From Cyanophora paradoxa CCMP329 (lineage: Eukaryota; Plantae; Glaucophyta), in assembly GCA_004431415.1 (NCBI GenBank), contig QPMI01000233.1, positions 99,214 to 163,213 of the forward strand: 64,000 nt of DNA, written 5' to 3'. The position numbers and the translations under genes were made by a program. Within the stretch, counting starts at the first letter, position 1. Every line of letters starts with the position of its first letter. The notes under the pieces were generated by a model. The model searched no databases. It saw only the letters and a program-made list of their open reading frames with translations, and was not told the origin of the DNA. Shown one piece after another: positions 1 to 12,296 of the stretch.

Positions 1-3000
1 GGCCGGTCGGTCGCGATTGCCGCCGATTTTCTCCCCGTCGAGACCCTGGGCGCCGCGTTTAGCCAGATGCAGGTGCGGCCGCCGGCCGCCGGCCGCCCTG
101 CGTTCTTTCGTCGCCTTAACATCGTTCGTTCGCGCAGATGGACCGCGTTCTCTTCCGCTCCGCGCACTCGCTCTTCGCCATCAAGAAGATGGTGTGGAGC
201 TTCATCAACGGCCTCCTGGCTCGCTACGGGGAGCTCGCGGCGCGTCCGCAGCCCGCCGAGAACGAGGCCGCCGAGCGCGCCGAGCTGCTCTACCGCTGCC
301 GCCACGCGCGCTCCGTCCTCAGCCAGATCATCGCTGAAGAAGGTCCGCGCGGCCCCTCCCTTCTCTTTCCTCTCTTCTTCTCCTTTTCTCCGCTGACGGC
401 CCTGCAGGCGAGGCGGGCGCGTACCTCATCCCGGACTGGGAGAGGCACGTCGAGACGCTCGAGCGGCGGCTCGCGGGCGGAGAGGCGCCGTCCGAGGCCG
501 GGCCCTCGTCGTCCCACGGCGGCCCTTCGTCGATGATGATGAGCCGGGCGGTCCGTGAGGACACGGACGGCGAGCGCCTGCTCTGCAACGTCTGCGAGAC
601 CGAGATCTTCAACTGCCACGTCCACTGCCTCGACTGCGACGAGGAGAGCGCCGCCGGCGCCGGCGGCAGCCGCGCAAGGCCCTCCGCCCGGCGGCAGCTC
701 GCCGCCTCGCACTCCGCGGCCACCCCGGCGCTCGTCGTCCAGCCCGCCGACCCTGCGGATGCCGGCGCCGAGGCCCCCGCGCCGGGCCCGGACCCCGTCC
801 CGTCGCCCGCCAAGACCGAGCCGGAGGCGCCGGGCCCCGACCCGACGCCCTCGAAGCCGCCGCCGCCGGCGCCCTTCACCGACGCCGCTTCGATGGATCT
901 CGGCCAGCCGCAGCCTCTGCCGCAGCCGCAGCCGCTCCCGATGCCGCCGCTTGACGCGGCCCAGGCCCCTGACTCCATCATGCCGCCCCTGCCGGCGCCA
1001 GCGCCCGCGCCGGTGCCGGCGCCGGACGCGGCGCGCGTGGCGACGGCGGCGGCGAGCGAGCCGCCGGTGGACCGCATGGAGTGGGAGCCGGAGTGCGCCC
1101 GGGCGCCCGAGCACGACGCGGAGGAGGCGCCGGGCGCGGACCGCGCCGGCGACGAGGAGGAGGAGCGGACCTCCTGGCGGGGCGCCGAGCCCGTCGACAT
1201 GTGCCTGCAGTGCTACCGCTGCCAGGAGGTCCCCGAGGTCCGGGATCGAATCCCGGCGTGCCACGCCCCGCACCACCGGCCCGTCTTCCGCGCCCGCATG
1301 CCCGCCTCCCGCCTCCTGTCGACCGCCTCCGCCCTCGCCGCCGCCACGTCCTCCCTCGAGCACGCCGGCCCCGCGGGGCCCCTCCCGCCCCTCCCCGCCG
1401 GCTGCGAGGAGACCCGCCCCTGGGTCAAGTACCCCGGCGCCCGGGACGAGGCGGAGCTGACGCGGGCGCTGCTGGAGGCGGCCGGCCCGCTCCCGGCGCC
1501 GCAGCCGCGCGAGGGCGGCGAGTTCAAGGTCCGGCGGGGCCGCCGCGGGGCCGAGGAGCCGCTCGAGGAGGAGGACGGCCGCCTGGAGGCGCTCGGCGAG
1601 GGCCTCTCGCAGCTGGACCCGGCCTCCCTCCGCGCCGCCCTCCGCGACGTCCCCGACGAGACCCTCTCTCGTCTCCGGCCCGTGCGTCGCCCTCGGCCCT
1701 CCTGAGCCCTCCCACCCGCCCGCCCGCCTGCTCGCTCGGCTGAGCCAGCCTCCGTTCGCAGAGGCAGCTGTGCCGGATCCTGTACGTGCTGACGCGCCGG
1801 GACTACGCGTCGGCGCGCATGGCGACCTCCCGCCTCACCTCCCGCATCCGCGACGTCGTCGGCCGCCTGCGCCGCGTCAAGCCCCGTGCGCTGCGCCTCG
1901 CCTTCCCTAAGCAGAGGCGCGCGCCCCGCTCACTCGCGCCCGCCCCTTTCTTTAGCGGCGTCCCCGAGCCACGCGGCGGCGCCCACGCACTCGCCGCGGG
2001 CGCCGCGCCCCGACGCGTACCGGAGCGGCCTGCTCCCCATCTGTGCGCCCCTCGCCCCTCGCCGGCCCGCCCCGGGCGCCCCTCACGCGGCCGCAGCGGA
2101 TCTCTCGCGGACCAACTCTGGGGACGACGAGTCGGCGCCGCGCGGCGAGGGCCGCAAGCGGAAGCACGCCGGCGACTCGGACGGGGGGTCGAGGCTGCCC
2201 GGCCAGCGGCGGCGGCCCGACGGGCGCGAGGACGACCTCGAGTGGGTCCCCGGCCGCTCGAACTCGCCCTCGGGCGCCGCCGCCGTCGCCAACCGCGCCC
2301 GCCGCCAAGGTCCGCCCGCCCGCCCCTCGGCGCCCTCCTCCGGCCGCGCGGCTGACCCGGCGCGCAGCGGGCGCGGGGCGGCCCGGGAGCGCGGGGGCGG
2401 CGGCGGCGGACGCGGCGAGCGAGGCGCAGAGCGTGCGGATGTACGACAAGCGCGGCGAGCTCCTGGCGGCCATCCACGCCTCCCCGGAGTTCGTCGCCCG
2501 CCCCCACATCTACCTCCGCGGCAAGAGTGCGCCCCCTTCTCCTACCCGCTCGCCTCCTCTGCCATTCTGACGCGGCGGCCGGCAGACAACCTGACGAACT
2601 GCACCTTCTCGCACCTGGCGGAGCTTGCCTACGCGCTGGGCATCGAGCTGGAGGTCGTCTGGCCGTCCCTCGCCCAGCGCTTCCCGCGCTCCATCTTCGG
2701 CTCGGCGGTCTTCGATGGCTCTCCGGCGCCGGCGCCGCACGCGCGCCGCGGGAACACCTCCCGGGGCCGGCCCGCCAACGGCGGCGGCAGCGGCGGCTCG
2801 GACCGCAACAACGGGTGGCTGGACGGGCCCTCGCGCGGCGGCGACGGCGACGCCGACGACGACGGCGCCGGCACCGAGGACCTCGAGGACCTCGCGGTAC
2901 CCCCCGCCCCGCCCCTGCTTCTTCGTTCGCGTACCCCGGAGGCCTGACTTCGAGGGGGGCAGGACCTGGGCGGGGACGACGACGACGACGGGGGCGAGAT

Positions 3001-6000
3001 CGAGGAGCTGGTGGCCGACGGCGAGGTGACGGACGAGGAGGGGCCCGGCGCAGGCGCCGCCGGCGCCGGCGCCGCCAACGAGGAGGACGAGGAGCCGGCG
3101 CCCCTCGCCGACGAGGTGGCCGCCCGCGTCGCGCCGCCCCGCGCCGAGGGTCGCCGCGCCCCGCCGGCGCGCTCCGCCGTCCCTCCCCGCCGCCGCGCCG
3201 CCACCGCCGAGGAGCGCGTCTTCGACGACGTCAGCTTCCGCAGCGTCGCCGCAATGAAGTCGGTGCGCGCCGCCTGCTCCCGCCCGCCGCCCGCCCGCCG
3301 GTGCTCACCGCCGGCCGCCCCTGCAGGTCATTGCGGCGCTGCGGGCGCACCCGGACTACAAGCCGCGCGAGCGGGAGATCCTCACGTGGGGCGGCCGCGT
3401 CTACTGCGGCGTGGGCAGCCTGCCGCGCGCGCGCGTGCTGGCGGCCGCGGCGCGCCTCGCGATCGACGTGCGGGAGTGGGTCCAGTACGACCCGGCCGTC
3501 ATCCCGCCGGCGCGCCTGGCGGAGCTCACGGCCGCCGTCGCGGGGCTCTCCCGCGGCCCTCCGCCTCCTCCGGCGGCGGCTCGAGCCACAGCCACGGCCA
3601 CAGCCACAGCCACAGCCACAGCCACAGCCAGCACCACGGCCACCCGCCCGCCCCGCCCCGGCCCACTTCGCCGCGCCCGCCCCCGCCGCCCGCCTCCTCA
3701 TCGACGACGACCCGCCCGCCCCGGGCACCGCTGGCGAGGAGTACGCCCCCGGCGCCGACGGCGCCGGCTCGGCGCCCGCCGCCGACGCCCCGGAGGGCTC
3801 GGAGCTCTCCCTTCCCCGGCCAAGCGCCCCAAGCGTGCGTGCCCTCGATCGGGCGCCGCCGCCGCCGCCGCCGCCGCCGCTGATCGCATGTCGTCGTCGC
3901 AGTGCGCGACGGCGGGCTCCTGGTCGAGGTACCCGTCCCCGGCGCCGGCGGCGCGCCCTCCTCCGCGACCGGCGCGGCGGCGCCGTCGCCCGCGGCGCCC
4001 GTGCCGACGCCAGCGCCCCTTCTGTCGCACGGGCTCCTGCCGGGGCAGCCGCCCGCCGCCATCCCGTCGCCCTCGTCCGAGTTCGACGCGGGGCTTCTCT
4101 TCCGTATGGCGGCGGCGGCCGCCGCCGCGCGCTCCCCGTCGGATGATCCCGAGGGCGAGGGCGACCCGGCGGCCGGCGGCCTCCTCGGCGCCGCGGCCCC
4201 CGCCCCGCAGATCTACACCGTCTCGCAGGACCTCGAGCGTGCGTCCGTCGGCCGGCGCTCCGCTCTGAATTCTGAGCGCGCGCTGAGATCGTGTCCTGGC
4301 GCCGCAGGCATGACGGTGGCGGCCCTGCGGAAGAAGCTCGGGGCGCACCCGGAGTGGATTGCGGACCACACGGCGGCGCGCTCGGCGGGCGCGGCGGCGG
4401 TGTACCGCGTGCCGGACTGCCGCGGGCACCCGAACAACCACGCGAAGCTCGAGATCATCGCCGTCATCCGCGCCTACGACGACATCCTCAGGGCCTCGGG
4501 GGCCCCCATCGTGATGGACCCCGAGGAGTTCGGGCGCCCCGCCCCGCCGCCGCCCCCGGAGCGCTTCGCCGCACCCAAGCGCGAGCTCGCCGACAGCGGC
4601 GGCTCCGGCAGCGAGGGCCCCGCCGGCCCCGCCCTCCCCAGCGCCATCGCCCGCTCCCGCTCCAAGGGGGCCGCGGCCGTGGAGGGCGCCTCGCCGCGCC
4701 CGCCGGCGAACCGCACGCCGCGCACCTCCGCCGGCGGCGGCGGGCCCTCCACCTCCTCCACCACCGGCGGCAGCGCGCCCGTCTCGCCCAGCGACGCCCA
4801 CTCGGCCTCGGCGGCCGCCTCCGCAGCGGCGGCGGCGGCAGCAGCAGCGGCGGCGGCGGCGGCCGCCTCGTCGGGCGCGTCGACGCCGGGAGGGTCCGTC
4901 AAGGCGAGCCGCTCGATCCGCTCGCTGGGGCGCAACTCGGCGATGGACGAGGAGGAGAAGTACCTCATCGTCAAGGAGAAGGCCATCGTCATGGTGCGCC
5001 GCCTTCCGCCGCCGCCGCCGCCGCCGCTCCCGCCTCGCCTCGTCTCCTGCTGCGCCTGTCTTGAGCGGTGCGGCGCAGGGCCCGAACCGGATGGACGCGA
5101 CGGAGCTGGGCGAGCTGATCCGCGGCAACCGCGTCTACAAGCTGGACCTGAAGCAGCCGGACGCCGCCTCTCGCCGCTCCCGCCTCGCCGACGTGCGCCC
5201 CGCCCCACCTCGCCCCCACCTCGCCCAGCCAAAGCGGATCCGAAAGGTTTCTGACCTCGCGCTCGCTCGCGCCCGCGCCCCGCAGATGAACGTGGCGAAG
5301 CTGTCGCTGGGCGAGCTGCGGCGCCTCGCGACGGACTTCATGCGGCTCGAGGACGAGCTGGACGCCGAGGTGGCCCGCCTGGAGGCCGCCGCCGCCTCCT
5401 CGGGAGGGTCCCTGGAGACGCCCCGCGGCCCCGCGCCCGAGCAGCCGCAGCCGGGCCCTGCGGAGAGGCTGCAACAGCCGGCGGCGGCGGGGCCGGCAGC
5501 GCCCGCACCGGCACTGGCGCCGGCGCCCGCATCGGCCGCGCCCTCGGAGAACGGCGCGCCGGCCGCGGGGCCGCAGGGGGCGGAGGCGGTGAAGGTAAAG
5601 GAGGAGCCGCTGGCGCCAATGGACATCGACGCGAAGCCGGCGCCGGCGCCGTCCGCCGCGCCGGCGGCACCAGCGGCCGCGGCGTCGTCCGCTGCGGCGC
5701 CGGCGGCAGCAGTGAAGGAGGAGGGCGCGGCGCCGGCGCCGGCGCCGGCGGCAGCGGCGGCTGCAGCAGCTCCTGCGGAGGCGCCGGGAGCGACGGCGAA
5801 CCTGCGGACAGCGCGCGCCAACTCGACGGCCGAGTCGGAGGCGAGCGACGCGGCGACGGCCGGCGCCTCGCCGCTGCCGACCGTGGGGCGGGACCCGCAG
5901 CTCCCGCCGGCGCCGCCCCGCGACGAGAAGCGGCCGGCGGCGGCGAAGGGCCAGAAGGGCGGCCTGCTGGAGCTGGAGACGGAGGGGATCGCCCTCCTCT

Positions 6001-6569
6001 TCTCGCTCAAGACGGGCATGACGAGCCCGTCCTACTCCGCCACCCCCTCGCCCCACACGGGGCCCGCCGCCGCGCCCCTGCCGCCCGCCGCGGCGGATGC
6101 CTGGGGCGGCCTGCCGCCCTCCCGCTTCGCTCCCGGGAGCTCCCCGCTGGCGCGCTCGGCGTCGGGCTCCGGGGCGCGGCAGGGGGCGCCCGAGGTGTAC
6201 GCGATGGAGTCGGGCGAGCGGGCGGCGTACCGGCGGGCGCTGGTGCAGGCGGTCATGGACGAGCCGCGCAACGAGCTGCCCATCGAGCGGCTCAAGAAGA
6301 TGCGCACCGACCTGCTGCGCGACCATGCGGCCTCCCTCGGGATCTCCATCCCCGCACCGCCCGGCCCGCCCTCCGCCTCCGCCACGCCCTCCCCGGCCTT
6401 CAGCCCCTGCCCGTCGCCCCCGCCCCCGCAGCCCCTGCCGGGCTCCGCCGTCCCCGTCCGAGCCGGGGGTCACGAGCGGGCGCGGGACGGGCCGCGGGAC
6501 CTGCTCCTGCCCCTGCCGCCCTCCCACATCCTCCCGCAGGCCTCCCAGTCCCCCCTCCTCGGGCTCTGA
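1..6569 (+). CDS. Multi-exon gene, 5'-partial: probable JmjC-family histone demethylase/chromatin protein (end of JmjC, zinc finger, long Pro/Ala-rich C-terminus)
   Basis: Splicing introns 73-137 and 343-407 (and later ones) gives GRSVAIAADFLPVETL, resembling the last strand of JmjC domains (cf. KDM3 SCIKVAEDFVSPE). This is followed by ERLLCNVCETEIFNCHVHCLDC...DMCLQCY, resembling the KDM3/plant JMJ zinc finger. Stop at 6567-6569. The catalytic core lies outside the window. Apparent frameshifts near 3550-3660. Confidence 0.55.
3584..3635 (+). repeat. (CACAGC)n microsatellite, probably a His-Ser repeat
   Basis: agccacagccacggccacagccacagcc... read directly in the sequence. Confidence 0.85.
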
Positions 6570-7187
6570 CCCGCCCCCCGGCCCCACCCTCCCCTTTCAT
6601 TATTTTCCCGAACCGGCCGCGCGCGCGAGAGCGGTTCTTCTGGCGGCGTAGGCGCGGCCCTCGGCCAGTCCGCAGCCCTCGCGCGCCCTGTTTCCGTCCG
6701 GCGCGGCGGGCCCCCCCCCCCCGCTGGACTTCAAGTTAGATGTACTCTGCATCGTAGGTCTGTATGTAGCGGGTTCGCAAGTGGGTCATCGCGGGTGAAT
6801 ATACGGCTCTTTTAACTAGCAGACCGCGCCCGGCCCTGTGCAAGTGCGGCAAGTGCGGCCGGGCGCCGGCGCGCGAGGCAGCCTGGCAGGCGGGGTGGTG
6901 AGGCGGGTGGCGGCGCACCAGGCGCCGGCGGGCGGGCAGGCGAGCCCGGCGGCCTAGCTATAGGCCTCGCCGACGAATTCGAAGCTGATCATCGGATCAT
7001 GATTTATGAGATGAGACGTCGACCCTGCAGCTGATCATGAGGAACTCGGAAGATCCATATTAGCTTCGGAGTCAAAAGAAGTTCGATTCTGTTCGAACGT
7101 ACCCGGGAAATTTTAAAGCTTCACGCGATTCAACCCTCCTCCATTCCAAGTTCCAACTTTGAACCCGCGCGGTCCCGCGAGAACTTT

Positions 7188-7345
7188 GAAAACACCGTGC
7201 TAAGAGGCTGCCATTGCAGAATTTGTAGCCTGCCAATTTGTGCCAAATTGCCATGCCTGCCATTCGAATTCAAAATCAAATTCGAATTCTCGAGTACCGG
7301 TACCATTTTCTTCCGGTACCGGAAGCCTCTTAGCACTGTGTTTTC
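7188..7345. mobile_element. Small fold-back/MITE-like element
   Basis: GAAAACACCGTGCTAAGAGGCT (7188-7209) matches the reverse complement of 7324-7345 at 21/22 nt; AT-richer interior; no TSD established. Confidence 0.45.
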
Positions 7346-7430
7346 GCGGGGTATCGAATCGTTGCGGGTAGGAATCGAACCGGCAACCCTACCCTCGGGA
7401 CTCGGGAGTCGGGACTCGGGACTCGGGAGT

Positions 7431-7609
7431 CGGGGCCGGGCCGGGCCCGGCCCCGGCGGGCCCGGGCGGGGGCCCGGCCGGCGCCGCCGCGCGGCCCCGG
7501 CGGGCCCGGGCGGCCGCGGCGGCCCGGCCCGGCGGCGGGGGCGGCCGGCGGGGCCCGGGGGCCGGCGGGGCCGGCCGCCGCCGCCCGCCGGGGCCCGGGC
7601 GGCCGGGCC
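7431..7609. repeat. 179-nt tract containing only G and C, preceded by CTCGGGA-type heptamer repeats
   Basis: No A or T from 7431 to 7609. Confidence 0.9.
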
Positions 7610-8244
7610 TCGGCAATGTCGGCATGCGGTGCCATGCGCAGGCTCGGCACTGAGTCGGCACTGACTCGGCAGCCTCGGCGCCGAGTCCGCCGACTCGCCG
7701 CCGAGTCGACGACGACTCGACGTCCCTGCTTTCAAGTTTCTTATGTGAAGTTATAATTACCGGTATGTCTGGGGGTCTGGGCCGTCTGGCCCCCGTCTGG
7801 GGGCTGGCAGTGCCTGGCACTGCGGCACTGCCGCAGTGCGCAGTGCGCACTGCCGCAGTGCAGCACTGCAGCAGCCGCTGAGCAGCCGCCGCTGAGGCTG
7901 CTGAGCCTGCACTGCCCTGCATGCGCAGTGCAGCCCGGCCTTTCGCCGAGTCGCAATAGTACTGCCGGTACTAGGCTTAGTAGGCTAGTGCATGCCATGA
8001 TGCATATCAGCAGCATATGATGCGCATGCGCACGCGCAACTTGGCAATTGCCAAGTTGCAAGTTGCGCCGCTGCTGCCGGGCCGCATTTTGCGCGGAAAT
8101 TGCGCCCCAGCTGCAGGCTGCAGCCTCCAGGGTCCAGGCCTGGCGCCTGACAGCAGCTCCAGCCGTATCATGGCATCGGTACCGGTGTCGGTATCGACGA
8201 TCAGGATGAGAAGCACGTATATCAACAGCGGTCTCCGCCTGCGC

Positions 8245-10798
8245 ATGCAGCTGGCAGCAGCTGCAGCCGCCACGCTGCTTGGCGTCTTGGTTCTGGCTGT
8301 CGTGAATCCGGCGGCCGCGGAGTCATGCGGCGAGACGACGTTTACTCCGACCCAGACATTCCAAGTCGTCTCCGCTGCAGATAATACGAAATGCTGGGAG
8401 GGCGAGAAGCAGAAATACGGCAGCTGGGCGTTTGTAAAGCTCGCCACGTGCAACGCAAGTGCGTGCCCCGCAACGGCGATTTGTATTTACATGTATGCAT
8501 TGCAATGATATCGATCATGACTTCGGCCGCGGCATACGAATTCGAAGGTGTTCCCGCCCAGTTTTTCAACAGTTCCCTCGGCAATGTTTCAAACGGCATT
8601 CAAATGTACACTCTGTACTTTCCATCCGCTGGCGTCCCGTCGCAATATTCCGGCAAGCCCATTTTCTACTCCACTTTCACGGATTCGAACACCCAAGCTG
8701 TTACCGCGGTGGTGCGCACGCTTAAGCTTGCGAAATTGATCACACGACGTCAACTGGAATTTAACGTCGCCATTGACGCGTACGGTATACGTATGTATAC
8801 AGCTCGCGTTCGGCGGAGCGACCGGCGCCGGTTTTGCAGAGCAGGGCGACCAATTCGCGATCAACGTCACGGCGTCCGACACCGTTCGCATATCGTATCA
8901 GGGAACTGCTGCCTTGACAGCAGTCGCTCCAATCGCACCGCACACCTACAGCGGGGGATTAGCGGTCACATACGGTGCCGGTGGTGCAGCTGACAAGATT
9001 TGGTTGAAGGGCCTGGTTGAAAGTGCGTGCCACGGTGCCACGCGTACGGTAGCTATATATAGCTGGCGCTCTATAATATTATACGACGAATGGTCTTGAA
9101 CTGACGCGTGCGCACGTGCTTGAAACCAGCTGACCGCCAGTTCGAGTTCAAGTTCCTCTACAGCGATGGTACAGCGGCGAAGCTCCCAGTCGCTTGTCCG
9201 GTAGACTCTGAGATGTCGCTCCGCGCAAATTAACACTTTATAATAACACGATCACGTGTGAGTCGGACTCACACTTCCGGCGCTCAGACCCCCAGCGCAT
9301 CGCCGAGCCCAAGCCCTAGCCCATCGGCCACTGCTTCACCTAGCCCATCGGCAAATGCTTCACCGAGTCCTTCGCCCAGCCCTAGCCCATCGGAAAATGC
9401 CTCTCCCAGTCCCTCAACCGGCCCAACGGCAATCGCAAGCCCGTCGCCATCGAACAGCCCGTCCCCAAGCCCCGTGCCTCCACTGGTGAGAAAACGTAAA
9501 CGTCTTGGTAATCATCCACTGTCACTGACGTCGACTGGCTAATTAAGCAGCCTGTATCAAACGTAACATTGAATATTGTCGAACTGATTATCGAAGGCAA
9601 ACTGGTGCGAGCACATGCATGCTGTCGCGCAACATATATACTTGACGACGCAATTGCAAATTTGCACAGTATACGTATACGTAGCTGATCATGATTGATC
9701 GTAGTTTGACCTATCCGGAAGCAACGTCGACGTCAAAAGAACGACCGATCCGGTGCCAACGAACATGCATATGTTCCTGCATTCTCGCCCTCTCATCCCC
9801 CCTGGCCTTATATCAGGATGGAGCAAAGCGGATCACTGTAAGCGGTCTTGTTCTGTCGGCCCCTGCGGAGGTATATATCGTGGCATTTCTTGTGTTGATC
9901 ATAATGTTTCCCGGCCCCGAAGCCGTGCAGTGAACGTTTAAATTCGCAAGCAATCAATTATATATATATATATTCCATAACATCCGATGATCGCAGACCG
10001 GGAGCACGGATTTCGTGATCATCAAGGGCTCCAACCTGCCGGTAATGTCCGATTTTAAATTTTCAATGTCCGGCGATTTCTGCTTACGACCATGATCGAC
10101 ATCACTGGCTGTTTTGTTTCCACATGTACATACGACAGGCTAATAAGCCGATCAAGGTGTACGTGGTCGACCCGAGAAACAACAGCAGAAAGATCGAGGC
10201 CCTTGAAGCGTCGGTACCCGACTCAACTACCTTGCGATTCAGTGCGCGCTTGGCAATGTTTTATATATATATTTATAGATATCAATGTCTGCTCAGCGGC
10301 TTGTCAATTCAAATGACAGTCTAGCTGATCTCGCTCCCTCCCAGAGGTCCCTCCACTTCCAAAGAACAACCGGCGCGCTCTCTCGCAGTTTATCACTGGC
10401 TTCTCCGTGCGAACTTTCATAATCTCGAGCTCCATCGCACCTTCGAAGTCTCGAGCCGCGCGCAGTACGATCTGCGAATTGAGTCTGCGTCGGCCACACC
10501 AGAGTTTGCTCCCTTCGTCCTTGCGGAGGTCTGATTATGAAATCGAATTCGAAGTTTCTCAGACATGCATATGAGATCTAATTAAATAAATTATTTATAA
10601 TCCGCGGCCGACCGGCAGGTTTTCCGCTGGGTCCCGAGGCCGGCGGCGGGTTCCGCGAGTGTCCCCTACTGTGCGTGGCGTTGGTTCTGGCCATGGGTCT
10701 CGAAAGTCCCATGATAAGCATCCGTTCGCGACGCTGATCGATGCATTGTGTCTTATTCAACAGGGGCATCATCTGCTACCCCACTGTCGAGCTTCTCA
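8245..10798 (+). CDS. Secreted/surface protein: signal peptide, ricin-B-like lectin segment, Ser-Pro stalk, IPT/TIG-like domain; 3' end not found (possibly truncated)
   Basis: Signal peptide MQLAAAAAATLLGVLVLAVVNPAAAESC; KCWE...KLATCNASVPAQFF after splicing; (SP)n at ~9290-9480; spliced VIIKGSNLP...DSTTLRFKVPPLP...VFRWVP is IPT/TIG-like. In-frame upstream ATGs exist (e.g. 8170). Confidence 0.6.
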
Positions 10799-11771
10799 GT
10801 GAGTCTCTCTCGCATTTCCGGCGCTTTCCGCTACATAGGTCTTCTCTTGAAAGCTTCTGCTGATCTCTCTGCACACTGCATGCGCAGCTCGATCTCCTGC
10901 TGGCGTTCCTTGCGGGCGGCATTGCCCTTGCCCTGCGAGCTGGCACCCGCCTGTAGCTCCTCGGGCCCGGTGCCTCCGGATCCGGCTACCAGCTGCAAGC
11001 TACGGATCCGGGCCCGGGATCTGTAGCTACCAGCTGCAGGCTATATATATACGGCACCGAAAAAAAGCGCTGAAGCTTCGGCTCGATTTCGGTACCGACA
11101 ATAAGAAATCCGCAATATCAAATGATAGAAATCAATTGCAAACTTGCGATCAAACGCCGATCGCGAAAAGAAAGGAAAGATACGCTTCAAGGATCAAGTA
11201 CCGTTCAATGATTGCAATTGAACAAGTAAGCGGGGCACAGATCTAGATCTAGATCTAGGTCTAGATCGATATCGAGACCAGAGATTTCAAAACACAGACG
11301 TCAACAAATAAAACCCTTAGCCGACAACAAATCTAAAGAACGCACTTGGATACGCAAGATAATAGAATGACACTGTGACAGAGAACGTCGACAGGAAGTG
11401 ATCATGAGAATAGGGAGTCGAATCGAACTGTCTGATAAAGTGAGACGGCCATCAGGCGGGGACCGGCCCGGCGGCGCGGCGATGGACGGGTTAGCCCGCG
11501 GGGTGGGGGGTGGGGCGGGGCCCTCCTGCTGCTGTACGGCTCCTTAAGCTTCGAACCTCCTCCTCTCCTTCAATTCCCTCTCCGCTCCTTCAGCTTCGAA
11601 CCTTAATATAAGTGGGACGACGGATCGGGAGGCCAGATCCTCCTCTTCTGCGAGAGCCACCGCGCCCAACCGATTCGTCACCGCGGCTGCCCTACAAGCT
11701 CATGCTGAAGCCCGGATCCGGAGGGGTAATTATACATATCCGGCCCGCCCCGAGCCCGCCCCGAGACCGCC

Positions 11772-11897
11772 GCCCCCCCCCCCCCCCCCCCCCCGCCACC
11801 CCTTCCCCCCCCCCCCCGCCTCTGCCGAGTACACCTCGAGTCGACGTCCGGCCGGCGGCCGTGGCCAGCTGGGGGGGGGGGGGGGGAGGGGGGGGGC
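11772..11897. repeat. Long poly-C tracts followed by long poly-G tracts
   Basis: Read directly; the tracts are self-complementary. Confidence 0.8.
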
Positions 11898-12296
11898 CGG
11901 GCCGGGGTTGTCAATTGCAAAAAAAAAAAATTTTGCTCCCCTTAGGGGTTCTCGGGCCGGGCCGTACTGGGGCGATTGGGGTTGTCAATTGCAAGGATCC
12001 CCGGGGGCCCTAGGCCTGAGGAGTACAGCGAATCCACACCTAAAAAATATACAGATATAATTCCGCTGTCATTTCATCAAGCGAAACCCTTTTACAGAAT
12101 GAAAAAGAAAAAGCTGATCTGCTGCCTTAGAGCACTAATGATTCGATTAAAATTCGATCATGATCACATCATTACATGTTTTTCGACAAAGAAACCCTAC
12201 GTCGAGAAAGATTACCTCTAACACTACTAGCGCGTTTCCGATAACGAAATATTAATGACAAAATTGGAATATATATATAGCCGAGCCGAGCTAGAG

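Noticed and set aside
290-6587. Many long overlapping Arg/Pro/Gly/Ala-rich ORFs on both strands (also 36.5-39.5 kb and within the repeat array)
   Set aside because: Stop-poor shadow frames of GC-rich spliced genes; no independent domain signal.
7362-7395. tRNA-like T-arm/B-box (GGTTCGATTCC on the minus strand; similar at ~43486 and ~58261)
   Set aside because: No D-arm, anticodon arm or acceptor stem can be built; at most a SINE remnant.
8460-8547. Mutated (GG) splice acceptor suggesting a pseudogene
   Set aside because: An AG at 8546-8547 restores the frame (CNASVPAQFF).
12010-12230. Helitron 3' end (CTAG)
   Set aside because: No clear subterminal hairpin or 5' TC end; CTAG is very common here.
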